A DNA stretch of 64,000 nucleotides. Origin: Thecamonas trahens ATCC 50062 (taxonomy: Eukaryota; Protista; Apusomonadida). Made by a program: the position numbers and the translations under genes. Position 1 is the first letter of the stretch. Each line of letters begins with the position of its first letter. The notes under the pieces were generated by a model. The model saw nothing but the letters and a program-made list of their open reading frames with translations. It searched no databases and was not told the DNA's origin. The stretch covers positions 372,001 to 436,000 of the forward strand of contig NW_013657655.1 in assembly GCF_000142905.1 (NCBI RefSeq), read 5' to 3'. This document shows, piece after piece, positions 53,144 through 62,224 of this stretch.

Positions 53144-56100
53144 TTAGAGCAGGCCGTGGCGCATCTTAGCCGGCGGCTGGCTCGAGTCGGTGTTGCTGGC
53201 GTCGAGGCTGCGGTGATCGCCGCGACGACGCTTGCGCGACAGCGGCGGCGACGTCCCCCGCGACGGCGACGTCTCCGACGGCGACGGCTCCGAGAAGTTG
53301 CTTGCCTGGCGCATCCGGGCGAGTTGATGCGGAGTGCTGGAAAAGGCGGTGTCGTTTGAGGTGGCGGACCGCGGGTTGAGCGTGGTAGCCCGGACCTGCC
53401 AGCAGTCGATGATGACGGCGCCGCGGCCGGCAGCAGCTGCCTGGCGCCACAGCCGGCGGCTCGTGATGACGTCGCGCGCGGGCAGGTTGGCGGGATCCAG
53501 GGCCGGCAGGGCCAAGATGGCGGGAAGGGTAGTGGTGGAGATGAAGACCAGGCCTGCGTTGGGCTTGCAGTTTGTCTTGATGCAGCGGACGATCTTGGTG
53601 CCCGATCGCACACCTTGCGGCACGTCGCCGGTGGCGCCAAGGCCGACGATGCCCGGCGAGGGACGATGGATGGCGTTGTAGAAGCCGCTGACGACGTTCG
53701 AGTCGGGGTTTTTGGATCGAGCCACCAGTGCGAGCTGAGCCAGCTCGTCGTAGGAGATTGTACGGTTGGCCATCTCGATGTAGCAGCGCGGATGGACGGT
53801 GCTGGCGTCGAGGATGCCGGGACGGACGTAACGGATGTTTTTGGCATCGGGTAGAAGAGTGGCAGCATCGAGAGCGTTAAGGCGGCGGTTCTCGACATCC
53901 ATAGCGACACACTTGTTGATTGTGGCGTTGATCCGGCCGATGGAAGCGGTGGTGTTGGTTTGTGTGACGCGGGTAAACTCGAGGATGCGGTCGTAGGTGA
54001 TGTCGACGACAATGCCAAAGGCATGCGCGCCGGCATGGGCCGAGATCGGCCCCTCAGTGGAGAATCGGGCAAGAGCCAGGCTGGCGGCGAGAGCCTCGGC
54101 GATGAGTGGAGTTGTGGAGGTGGAGACGACGGCGAAGTACGACGACTCGCCGATCGCGTGCTTGTTAGTGGCAGCGAGGAAGTGCATGAACGCCTCAATC
54201 AAGATGGGCTCCTGTGCCACAAACACGATGCGACTGGCGTCACAAGGGACGCGAATCAGATGGTTGCCAAGCCACGGGATACCAGAGAGGGTGTTGTGGT
54301 AGCATGCGACCGCATCTTCGAGGGAGGACGGAGCGGTGTGGGCGATGGAGACATCGACGACAGCGAGCGGGCCGTTGGCATCGCTGTTGGCGGTGATGAA
54401 ATCGTTGTACTCGCACTTGTTGGTGTCTGAGATTGCAGCAGCAAGCGTGACGTCCGAGCGGTCGTTGGCGATGTCGAGCATGAGGACGGCGGGCGGGTCA
54501 GCTCCAGGTGCTGGAGGGAACAAGTTGGCGCGGCAGCTTGAGAGACGGTTGATGGTGGTGTAGTCGTGGGGGGTCGCAGAGGCGTCGGTGAGGGAGAACG
54601 AGATGGTTGTGGCGACGGGATCGAGATCTCCGCGGAGGTTGTTTGCTACGGCGGCCACGATGCTGGGATCGTCGTTTTCCGCGGTGAGGATAGCACGCAG
54701 GTTGCTGGCGGTGTTGTAGCGGGCGTTCTTGATGGCGATGACGACTGCGCTCGAGTCGGCTCTGAGCTTCTCAACGGCCAACTTGAACTCGTTAAAGCGG
54801 AGGTTGGGCGTCGTTGGCGGCTTGATGGCAAAGGTCGCGGCGAGGTAGCACTTCTGAATGGCCTTGTTGAACGCCTTGACGACCCAAGAACGGATGGCAA
54901 TGAGGAGTGCGGCGACAGCGGCAGTGACGGCATCGCGGTCGGCTGCTGTGATAGCGGCGTGGAGCTCGTGAAGGAACCGCTTCTCAGCAGAACGAGAGAT
55001 GGTGGTAATGCTGGCGGTGTCGGGGACCATCAAGAGAGACAGAGCGTCCTTGTCGCGGTTGCGGATGTTGATCTCCAGGCTGTGCCTGATGCTGTCGGAG
55101 ACAGTGCGAGCTGCGTCGTCGATCATGTTGCATGTGGTCGAGAGGAGAGCAGCGCCAACTTCGTCCGTGTTCTGGACGAGCGTGTTGGAGTCAGTTGCGT
55201 GGTCAGGGAATCGAAGAGGCTCATTGAGGCTTTCCACAATGAGCTCTGCGAGGATGTTGACATCATACGAACCGGTAAGGTAGTCGATGGTGGGGCCCAA
55301 GTCCTGGTCGTAACAAGCCTTGGTGTTCCGGATGGTGTCGACAGAGGTGTTGATGATGTCGGTGACGTCGGCGTTGACTGGAGCGAGATCGTTGACTTCC
55401 AGGGTACGGACGCGGCGAACGATGCGGGAGGCAGCGTTGGCGACGGTGCTGCCGGCAGCTGCACAAGCCCACTCGACCATATCCGCAAGCCAGGCGTGAG
55501 CACGAGTAGAAAAATCGAGGAGGCACGAGGCGGCAACACTAAGCAACTTGAGGTTGGTGATGTCGAGGAAGAGGTGCGGGGACGATGCGGCGCGGGCGGT
55601 GCGGGCGATCTGGCGAAGAAAAGGCCACGGATTGGTGTTGACAGGCACGGAAGCCGGGTCAATGGCCAAGAGGCAGGTCATGATAGCATCCGTTAGTTTG
55701 GCGTTGTCGTCGTCACCAAGGCTAGAGGCGTCGACGTTGCAGAGGTTGACAACAAACGGAACGCGAGCGTCGTCGATGGGGCGGGAGGCGATGGCCTGCA
55801 TGAGGTGTTGCAGGTTGTTGGCGATGGCGACACGGCGGGTGATGACGCAGATGATGTCGATAGCGGCGATGGCGGCGGCGATGTCGTCGGGCGAGGCCTT
55901 GGGGCCGAGGCCGGGGACGTCGACCGGCTCGAGGTAGGGGCCGGTCTTCCAGGGGCCAACAGCCTCGATGACGGCGCCAGGAGGGGCAGAGGCGGAGGCG
56001 GAGGCAATGACGGCGGGCATGGTACGCCACTCGACAGGCGAGATGCTTACAGGATCTGAGCAGGGCGTACGCGTCTCGCGGTCGACGATGCGGACGATGA

Positions 56101-56674
56101 GCTGCTCGCGGTTGTAGACGAGGTGGACCGGAACGGTGGTGACCGAGTTGGCGCCCGCCGAAGACGGCAGTGGCCACTGCCCAAAGAAGTCTATGAGATC
56201 AGTGATGGGCAGATCTGGCTCTTGCTTGACAGCAATGGTAGCAAGAGTCTGCATATCGGCCACGAGCTGATTGAGGCGACAGGACTTACCGCAGCCCATG
56301 GGAGCAAAAATGGCCACAGTGACACGCCGGTGAAGAAAATTGTGAGTTACAGTACGGAACTCTGAGACCTTGGCGATATAGTTGCAGTCAGTGGGGGTCG
56401 CGAGCTCTGTCGCAATCTGGAGCTGGCTTAGGCGTTGGATGCTATCGAAGGACCGGACGGGGATAAGGCCGGTGGAAGGGTAGGTGGCAAGAAAATCCGA
56501 TGTGGTTTGAACACGGCAGGCAGTGGAAGCGGTGGAAGAACAGTTGTTGGCCTTGCGGCGCTTGGCCTTGGCCTTGCGGCGCTTGGCCTTGGCCTTGCGG
56601 CGCTTGGCCTTGGTCTTGCGGCGCTTGTGGGAGGACTCGCGGCTTGAGCGAGATGGGTTGCTTGACTTCTCCAT
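53144..56674 (-). CDS. 1176-aa dynamin-like (Dynamin_N-type) GTPase with basic N-terminal repeat and divergent C-terminal domain (possibly GREB1/TAGT glycosyltransferase-like)
   Basis: Intronless ORF. G1 APMGCGKS (~56282-56305), PLPS...VTTVPVHL (G2), VDVPGLG (G3), NLCNVD (G4-like), followed by a helical region. Confidence 0.7.
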   Translation of the reverse strand: MEKSSNPSRSSRESSHKRRKTKAKRRKAKAKRRKAKAKRRKANNCSSTASTACRVQTTSDFLATYPSTGLIPVRSFDSIQRLSQLQIATELATPTDCNYIAKVSEFRTVTHNFLHRRVTVAIFAPMGCGKSCRLNQLVADMQTLATIAVKQEPDLPITDLIDFFGQWPLPSSAGANSVTTVPVHLVYNREQLIVRIVDRETRTPCSDPVSISPVEWRTMPAVIASASASAPPGAVIEAVGPWKTGPYLEPVDVPGLGPKASPDDIAAAIAAIDIICVITRRVAIANNLQHLMQAIASRPIDDARVPFVVNLCNVDASSLGDDDNAKLTDAIMTCLLAIDPASVPVNTNPWPFLRQIARTARAASSPHLFLDITNLKLLSVAASCLLDFSTRAHAWLADMVEWACAAAGSTVANAASRIVRRVRTLEVNDLAPVNADVTDIINTSVDTIRNTKACYDQDLGPTIDYLTGSYDVNILAELIVESLNEPLRFPDHATDSNTLVQNTDEVGAALLSTTCNMIDDAARTVSDSIRHSLEINIRNRDKDALSLLMVPDTASITTISRSAEKRFLHELHAAITAADRDAVTAAVAALLIAIRSWVVKAFNKAIQKCYLAATFAIKPPTTPNLRFNEFKLAVEKLRADSSAVVIAIKNARYNTASNLRAILTAENDDPSIVAAVANNLRGDLDPVATTISFSLTDASATPHDYTTINRLSSCRANLFPPAPGADPPAVLMLDIANDRSDVTLAAAISDTNKCEYNDFITANSDANGPLAVVDVSIAHTAPSSLEDAVACYHNTLSGIPWLGNHLIRVPCDASRIVFVAQEPILIEAFMHFLAATNKHAIGESSYFAVVSTSTTPLIAEALAASLALARFSTEGPISAHAGAHAFGIVVDITYDRILEFTRVTQTNTTASIGRINATINKCVAMDVENRRLNALDAATLLPDAKNIRYVRPGILDASTVHPRCYIEMANRTISYDELAQLALVARSKNPDSNVVSGFYNAIHRPSPGIVGLGATGDVPQGVRSGTKIVRCIKTNCKPNAGLVFISTTTLPAILALPALDPANLPARDVITSRRLWRQAAAAGRGAVIIDCWQVRATTLNPRSATSNDTAFSSTPHQLARMRQASNFSEPSPSETSPSRGTSPPLSRKRRRGDHRSLDASNTDSSQPPAKMRHGLL
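56547..56626 (-). repeat. Coding 21-bp tandem repeat (KAKRRKA)x~4
   Basis: TTGGCCTTGCGGCGCTTGGCC units on the + strand. Confidence 0.9.
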
Positions 56675-56762
56675 GGGTAAAGTCGAGTGGATGCCGGTGA
56701 GGAGTTGGCATATGTGTGGAAAAAGCGCAGGGTTTTGTTAAGGAAGTGGGACCAGAAACTGC

Positions 56763-56811
56763 AAAGTGCAAAATGCATCGGCTGGCAGGCTGATTTGCAT
56801 TTTTGCACTTT
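56763..56811. promoter_or_regulatory. Inverted repeat/hairpin upstream of the GTPase gene
   Basis: AAAGTGCAAAATGCA (56763-56777) pairs with TGCATTTTTGCACTTT (56796-56811). A third TTTTGCACTTT copy lies at 56957-56967. Function is inferred. Confidence 0.45.
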
Positions 56812-57172
56812 TACTCTGCAGGGAATGTTGGGCCATGAGAGGTAGCGAAGGTGTGTACAAGGGTATGGTAGCATGTGTAGAAGCACTTGGATGGATATCT
56901 GTGTGGATGTGGATGTGCGTGTTGTCGATGAGGATGGGGGGGCTGAAGGTGAGCGATTTTGCACTTTTTGCCCTGGGCAGCGCCGGTGGCCATTGTTCCG
57001 CGGCGTAAAAGGGAGAGAGGGAGAAAGATAGGGGAGCTTGACATGCCGTACAAGCAAGACAGTGGGGAGAAGATAGTGTAGCGAGTGAATGGGGGAGGGA
57101 GTCTCTTTGTTGTGGTGTTGACGGCGCCGGTGGTGGTGGCAGGGAGGGGGGGTCCAGAGGCACCGGGCCGTG

Positions 57173-57212
57173 GCTACTTTCGATTGCGACATGCTACTTT
57201 CGATTGCGACAT
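57173..57212. repeat. Perfect 20-bp tandem duplication
   Basis: GCTACTTTCGATTGCGACAT x2. Confidence 0.95.
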
Positions 57213-60200
57213 TACCGACTCTAGGCCGGCTAATGTAGTTGCTTGAGCTACTTTAGGCCTGCCAAATACATGATGACATCAATGCTGGCAAATGGACCCA
57301 GTGCGTGCAGGACTGCATCGTAGGTGTCGCAGTGATCAAGAAGGAGGGCCAACACGACGGCGTCGTTGATGTCGGCGGTGGGCGGTGGGGCGCCCGGGAC
57401 GGCCTGGGTGGCAGGGTTGGGCTCAGAGGCGTTGGCGTGGTCTGTAGAATCCATCACTGCTGGATAGGTACGAAAGGTGTGGTAGCGAGACAGGTGGGGA
57501 ATAAAGTTGGCCGGGTTGTACGGCAATCCGAATGTAAAACAGCGAGTGCGCGAGGCGGAAATGGGTGAGGAACGGCAGGGATTGAGGCATGCATGGGTAG
57601 GGCGGCGTGGGAAAAGTCAAGCAGGCAGCAAACAAGAGTCTTGGCGGGGGAGGAGGGGAAAGCCATGGTCAAAGTCACGTTAAGCGTGCCGCGGATCATG
57701 TTGGTTATGGTAGAGCTGATGTTGCTTCTCTTGTCACTCTTGCTGAGACAATTGCTGTCGTCGTGATGCACGTCGTCGTCCAACTCGTCCCACGCCGTTG
57801 TCGTCAGGGTTGAGGCATGGGTAAGGCGATGGGAGTGGGTGCAGGCAGAGTAAGTAGCAGCAACAAAGGAGCAGAGGGAAGGCGGGGGTGGGGATGTGTT
57901 TCGGAGGAGAGTGAGAGTGGGAGTGCCCTATCCTCGGCCAGCCAGCCGTCGGATTGGGTCATGATCGGCGGCGCAGTAGGCGGGAAGGAGGCGAGGCAAG
58001 ACAGAGCAGGCAAGGTGGGGTTGATGAGACGGAAGCAGGCAGTTGTGAGCTGCGAGGCAGAGTAGAAGAGAGTGAGGTGGAGGGAGAGCAGAATCAAAGT
58101 CAGGCCGATGATCATGGGTGCGTCATCGTGAGTCGGTGTCGGCTGGCAGCTGAGTCGGCCGGGGTGTTGGTGACGACGATGGTGACAACGGTAACGACTC
58201 GCACCAGGTCAACTGGCTCTGGGCCCATCACACTCGCACTCCTGAACCCGTTCGCCGTTCTGAAGTTCCGATCTCAGGCCCTCACCCTCGACCTCGGCCT
58301 GACTGCTCGCCTGTGTCGGGTGTCGTTCACTTGACTGCCCGGCAGCGATGCAGCGCCGATGGTCATCCACAGCAGCTACCTCGCTCGCAACGTGTGGTTC
58401 ATGCCTATTCTCTTCCTTCTCTCTCCGCAGAAGCCACAGCCTCGGCCTCAGCCACCGCCACCGCTTTGGCTCGTCGTCCGCCGCCTCAACCATCACACCC
58501 ATCGCCAGCCATCGCCATCCCCCATCCCCATCACTATCCTCATCAGCATCAGCAATATCACCAACTTGGTCATCGCCGCCTTGGGCCTGGACTTTCTCTT
58601 CTCCCGCCTCAGCAGCAGCACGGCGTCCATGCCGGCGACGAGCGGCTGGCCGTCACTCGACCACTCGCTGCTCGCCTCGGCCTCGGCCACAGCAGCAGCG
58701 CTAGCAGCAGCCGTAGCCACCACACTCGTCCCACTCCATCCATCTACACCCCCTCACCTCCTTTCCCTGTGACCACACCAGCCACTCCCCCCTGTATAGC
58801 CAGATGCAGGTCGTGCTGAGCTTGATCGGGCTTGATTTGGCTTGGCTGCGGATAGTTGAGCGGGCGGGCGAGCGAGCGGGGAGTTGCTGGCCAGCGAGCA
58901 GTCGACAGGAGACGACGACACGGGCATCAGGACACAAGATCGGGCGGCAGACCAGTGTAGTCTTATCTACCACCTCAACCCCTAATCCTTCTCCTTCGCC
59001 CTCCTTCCCTCTCCTTCGCCCTGACCAGCCCACTGGCCTCGTGTGACCCGTCGGTCCTCTCACCACCAGCTGTGTTGGTTGACAGGTGGGCTGGGGCAGG
59101 ATGGGCAAAGCGGGGAGAAGGAGGGGAGGAGGAGGTGGGGCAAGGGACTGATAGCCACTGCCACTTGTCTCACTACCCACAAGTAGATCATGCTATACTC
59201 GTGCTCTGCCTAGCCTGATCGGGGTTGTGCCGGCGGTGGACGGGTCGGCTTGGGCGGCGATCGGTGGTGAGCAGCAGGCGGTCGGCAGTGATGCTGATGA
59301 CGGGATTGTGTCGGCTGATGTTAGTATCGAGGCAAGGGGATTGGGTGGGTGAGATTGTGGGGATAGTGGATAAGTGTGGTGTGGGTAGGGTGGTTGTGGG
59401 TTGGGATGGTGGGGAGTGGGGGTCGGAGATGGGACTGGGTCGGGGGGCTGAGCACCTTCGAAGGGACACCGGGCCAACAGCTTGGGCCTGAGCCGGCGGA
59501 ACTCGGATTCTGGAATACTGCAGCTGTGGAGTGGAGACTGAGCAAGGTGGTAGTGTGTGTATGTATTAGGGTAAGAGTGTAATCAGATTGGCCATATCTT
59601 GCAATGAGTGTGATGGGGGTTGTGTGCGGGGTCGGGCGGTCGAGGGCGTGCTCAACCGCCTAGGGAAAACAAGTCGACGCGCAAGTGAGCCGAGGAAGAT
59701 GAGTGTCGATGACAGCGATATTGATACTGGTGATAGTGTGGGGTGTGTGATGACATTGGGTGAGGTTGTGGGTAGCGTAGCTGGTAGTAGGAAGGAGCTA
59801 GGTGGTGATGAAGATGGGCCTGATCGGGCGAGCGGGCGCCGGCTGGCGGCTGGTGGTCGGCGAGGCGGAGCAGTTGAGGGAGCTGGGTCGGGGCTGGATG
59901 GCTTGGAAATGCTTTTGGTTGGTGAATAGGCAGTCTGCCATGGGATGGTTAAGGGATGACGGTGTCGGAGTCGGGGAAGAGGATGGGGGTGAGCTGGAGC
60001 GGGGAGAGGAGGAGGATGAGGAGGAAGAGGAAGCCGAGTGCGCGATGGGATGATGGTGGGCTTGGCCATGGCATGGGGGTGGGAGTTGTGGCTGGGATGG
60101 AAGTGATGGTGGTGGAGTAGGGGGTGGGGTGGTCGTTTGTGGTGACGGGTGGTAATGAGTATGGTAGGGGGGATGAGGGGGGTCGTGATGTGGGAGGCGG

Positions 60201-61285
60201 GACGGGCGAAGCGGTGATGGATATGGCAATTGGGCTTGAGCATTGATGACGATGGGAATGATACGGCTGATGGGTGTGTGTGGGGTGTGGTTGATGAGGG
60301 TGGCGGGTACTTGGCCGGCAGAGGGAAGGCGGCGGACGTTAATTGAGTTGAACGTTGAATTAATTGAAGAAAAGCCGGAACCAGCGTCAAACGAGGCAAT
60401 GACGACCACAACAACAACCAAAGATCATACATGGCTTGCACAGCACACGTATGAGTAAGCCAACAGGGACTGAACAAAGCTAGCAGGCAATGGGATGAAC
60501 TCGGGTGACGTTCAGGTCGATGAGGCAGACCGCGGATGATCGATCAGATCTCCAGATCAACCATGATCACGACACAACAGGGTGAACACAAAATACATTG
60601 CATGCACAACTATTGACCATGGCCAACGACAACAAAGTTGAGAATCGATGGTGTAGTGAGCAACGGTCGATCAAGGATGTGGAAGTCAAGGTTGATGAAA
60701 ACAGGAGAGTCAAGAACAAATAAAGCATGACAAATAATGATAAAAAGCAACAACAAGAACGAAAGGAATGATCAATGGGGATGCATGTCGATTGTAGTCA
60801 ACCATCACAGGCAAAAGCAACCAAAGCAGAACATGAAGGCCGACAATAGCAACAACAAAGCATGTGGAAACATGAACGGCAACAAACAAAGAACAAGGTA
60901 AGCCACCAACAAGAGAGCAGAAAGAATCGAATGATCAATTAACAATGATCAATGACAATCAATTGAATGTCAAACAATCAAACGAGTGACGAGTGGCGAA
61001 TCATGGAAATATTGAATGACGTTCATGTCACCCACCAACCCGCACATGCCACTCGGCCGAACAAGTGACACGGGCAAGTGTCAATGGAGGGATGGGGAAA
61101 TTGAATCAGCATCAAAGACTCAATTCAGGCCCGTGCACAGCCATGTGCATGGTGGCGTCGAGGATGAGTATGGTGAAGTGGGTGGGAATGTGGATGTGGG
61201 TCATGGGTGGGATGGGTAGGGGTGGCAAGGGGGCAGTGAGTGGCAAGTGGAGTGAATGGTGGTCGGTGGGGAGAAATGGAGTGGG

Positions 61286-61351
61286 GCTAGGGTTGATGAG
61301 GCATCAGCTAGGGTTGACGAGGCATCAGCTAGGGTTAGGGTTAGGGTTAGG
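61286..61351 (+). repeat. 21-bp tandem repeat merging into interstitial telomeric (TTAGGG)n
   Basis: GCTAGGGTTGAYGAGGCATCA x2, then TAGGGTTAGGGTTAGGGTTAGG (61330-61351). Confidence 0.85.
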
Positions 61352-61418
61352 TGCAGCTTGGGGTCGGTGCCGGGGGTGAGGCTTTAGGGGGGGTGGGGTC
61401 CGTGGTCTGGCGGAGGGT

Positions 61419-61616
61419 GAGGCTTCAGGCTTCAGAGAGCTAATGCCTGAGTTCCCGAGGCTTCAGGCATTATGCCTGGCTGAGGCCTCAAGGCCTGACC
61501 CGGCAGAGCTAATGCCTCAAATGAGCCAATTAGTTCTCCCATGGGAGCTAAAGCCTCGAAGAGCGGCATTAGCTCCGAGGTCTGGGAGGCATAGGGTTAA
61601 TGCCGGGCTTAATGTC
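61419..61616. repeat. Cluster of short direct and inverted repeats and palindromes
   Basis: AGAGCTAATGCCT at 61436 and 61505; inverted GGCATTAGCTC at 61565; GAGGCTTCAGGC at 61419 and 61457; palindrome CTCCCATGGGAG at 61536-61547. Confidence 0.8.
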
Positions 61617-62224
61617 NNNNNNNNNNNNNNNNNNNNNNNNNNNNNNNNNNNNNNNNNNNNNNNNNNNNNNNNNNNNNNNNNNNNNNNNNNNNNNNNNNNN
61701 NNNNNNNNNNNNNNNNNNNNNNNNNNNNNNNNNNNNNNNNNNNNNNNNNNNNNNNNNNNNNNNNNNNNNNNNNNNNNNNNNNNNNNNNNNNNNNNNNNNN
61801 NNNNNNNNNNNNNNNNNNNNNNNNNNNNNNNNNNNNNNNNNNNNNNNNNNNNNNNNNNNNNNNNNNNNNNNNNNNNNNNNNNNNNNNNNNNNNNNNNNNN
61901 NNNNNNNNNNNNNNNNNNNNNNNNNNNNNNNNNNNNNNNNNNNNNNNNNNNNNNNNNNNNNNNNNNNNNNNNNNNNNNNNNNNNNNNNNNNNNNNNNNNN
62001 NNNNNNNNNNNNNNNNNNNNNNNNNNNNNNNNNNNNNNNNNNNNNNNNNNNNNNNNNNNNNNNNNNNNNNNNNNNNNNNNNNNNNNNNNNNNNNNNNNNN
62101 NNNNNNNNNNNNNNNNNNNNNNNNNNNNNNNNNNNNNNNNNNNNNNNNNNNNNNNNNNNNNNNNNNNNNNNNNNNNNNNNNNNNNNNNNNNNNNNNNNNN
62201 NNNNNNNNNNNNNNNNNNNNNNNN
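61617..62224. other. Assembly gap (N run)
   Basis: Run of N; hides the recombinase stop codon. Confidence 1.

Noticed and set aside
57500-60330. Short ORFs in the gene-poor island
   Set aside because: Low complexity with no recognisable motifs. They may be decayed coding sequence but cannot be supported as genes.
57173-61351. CRISPR-like interpretation of the 20- and 21-bp repeats
   Set aside because: Only two adjacent copies each, no spacers, no cas genes, and a eukaryotic context.
61330-61351. True chromosome end
   Set aside because: Only about 3.5 units and the sequence continues; treated as interstitial.
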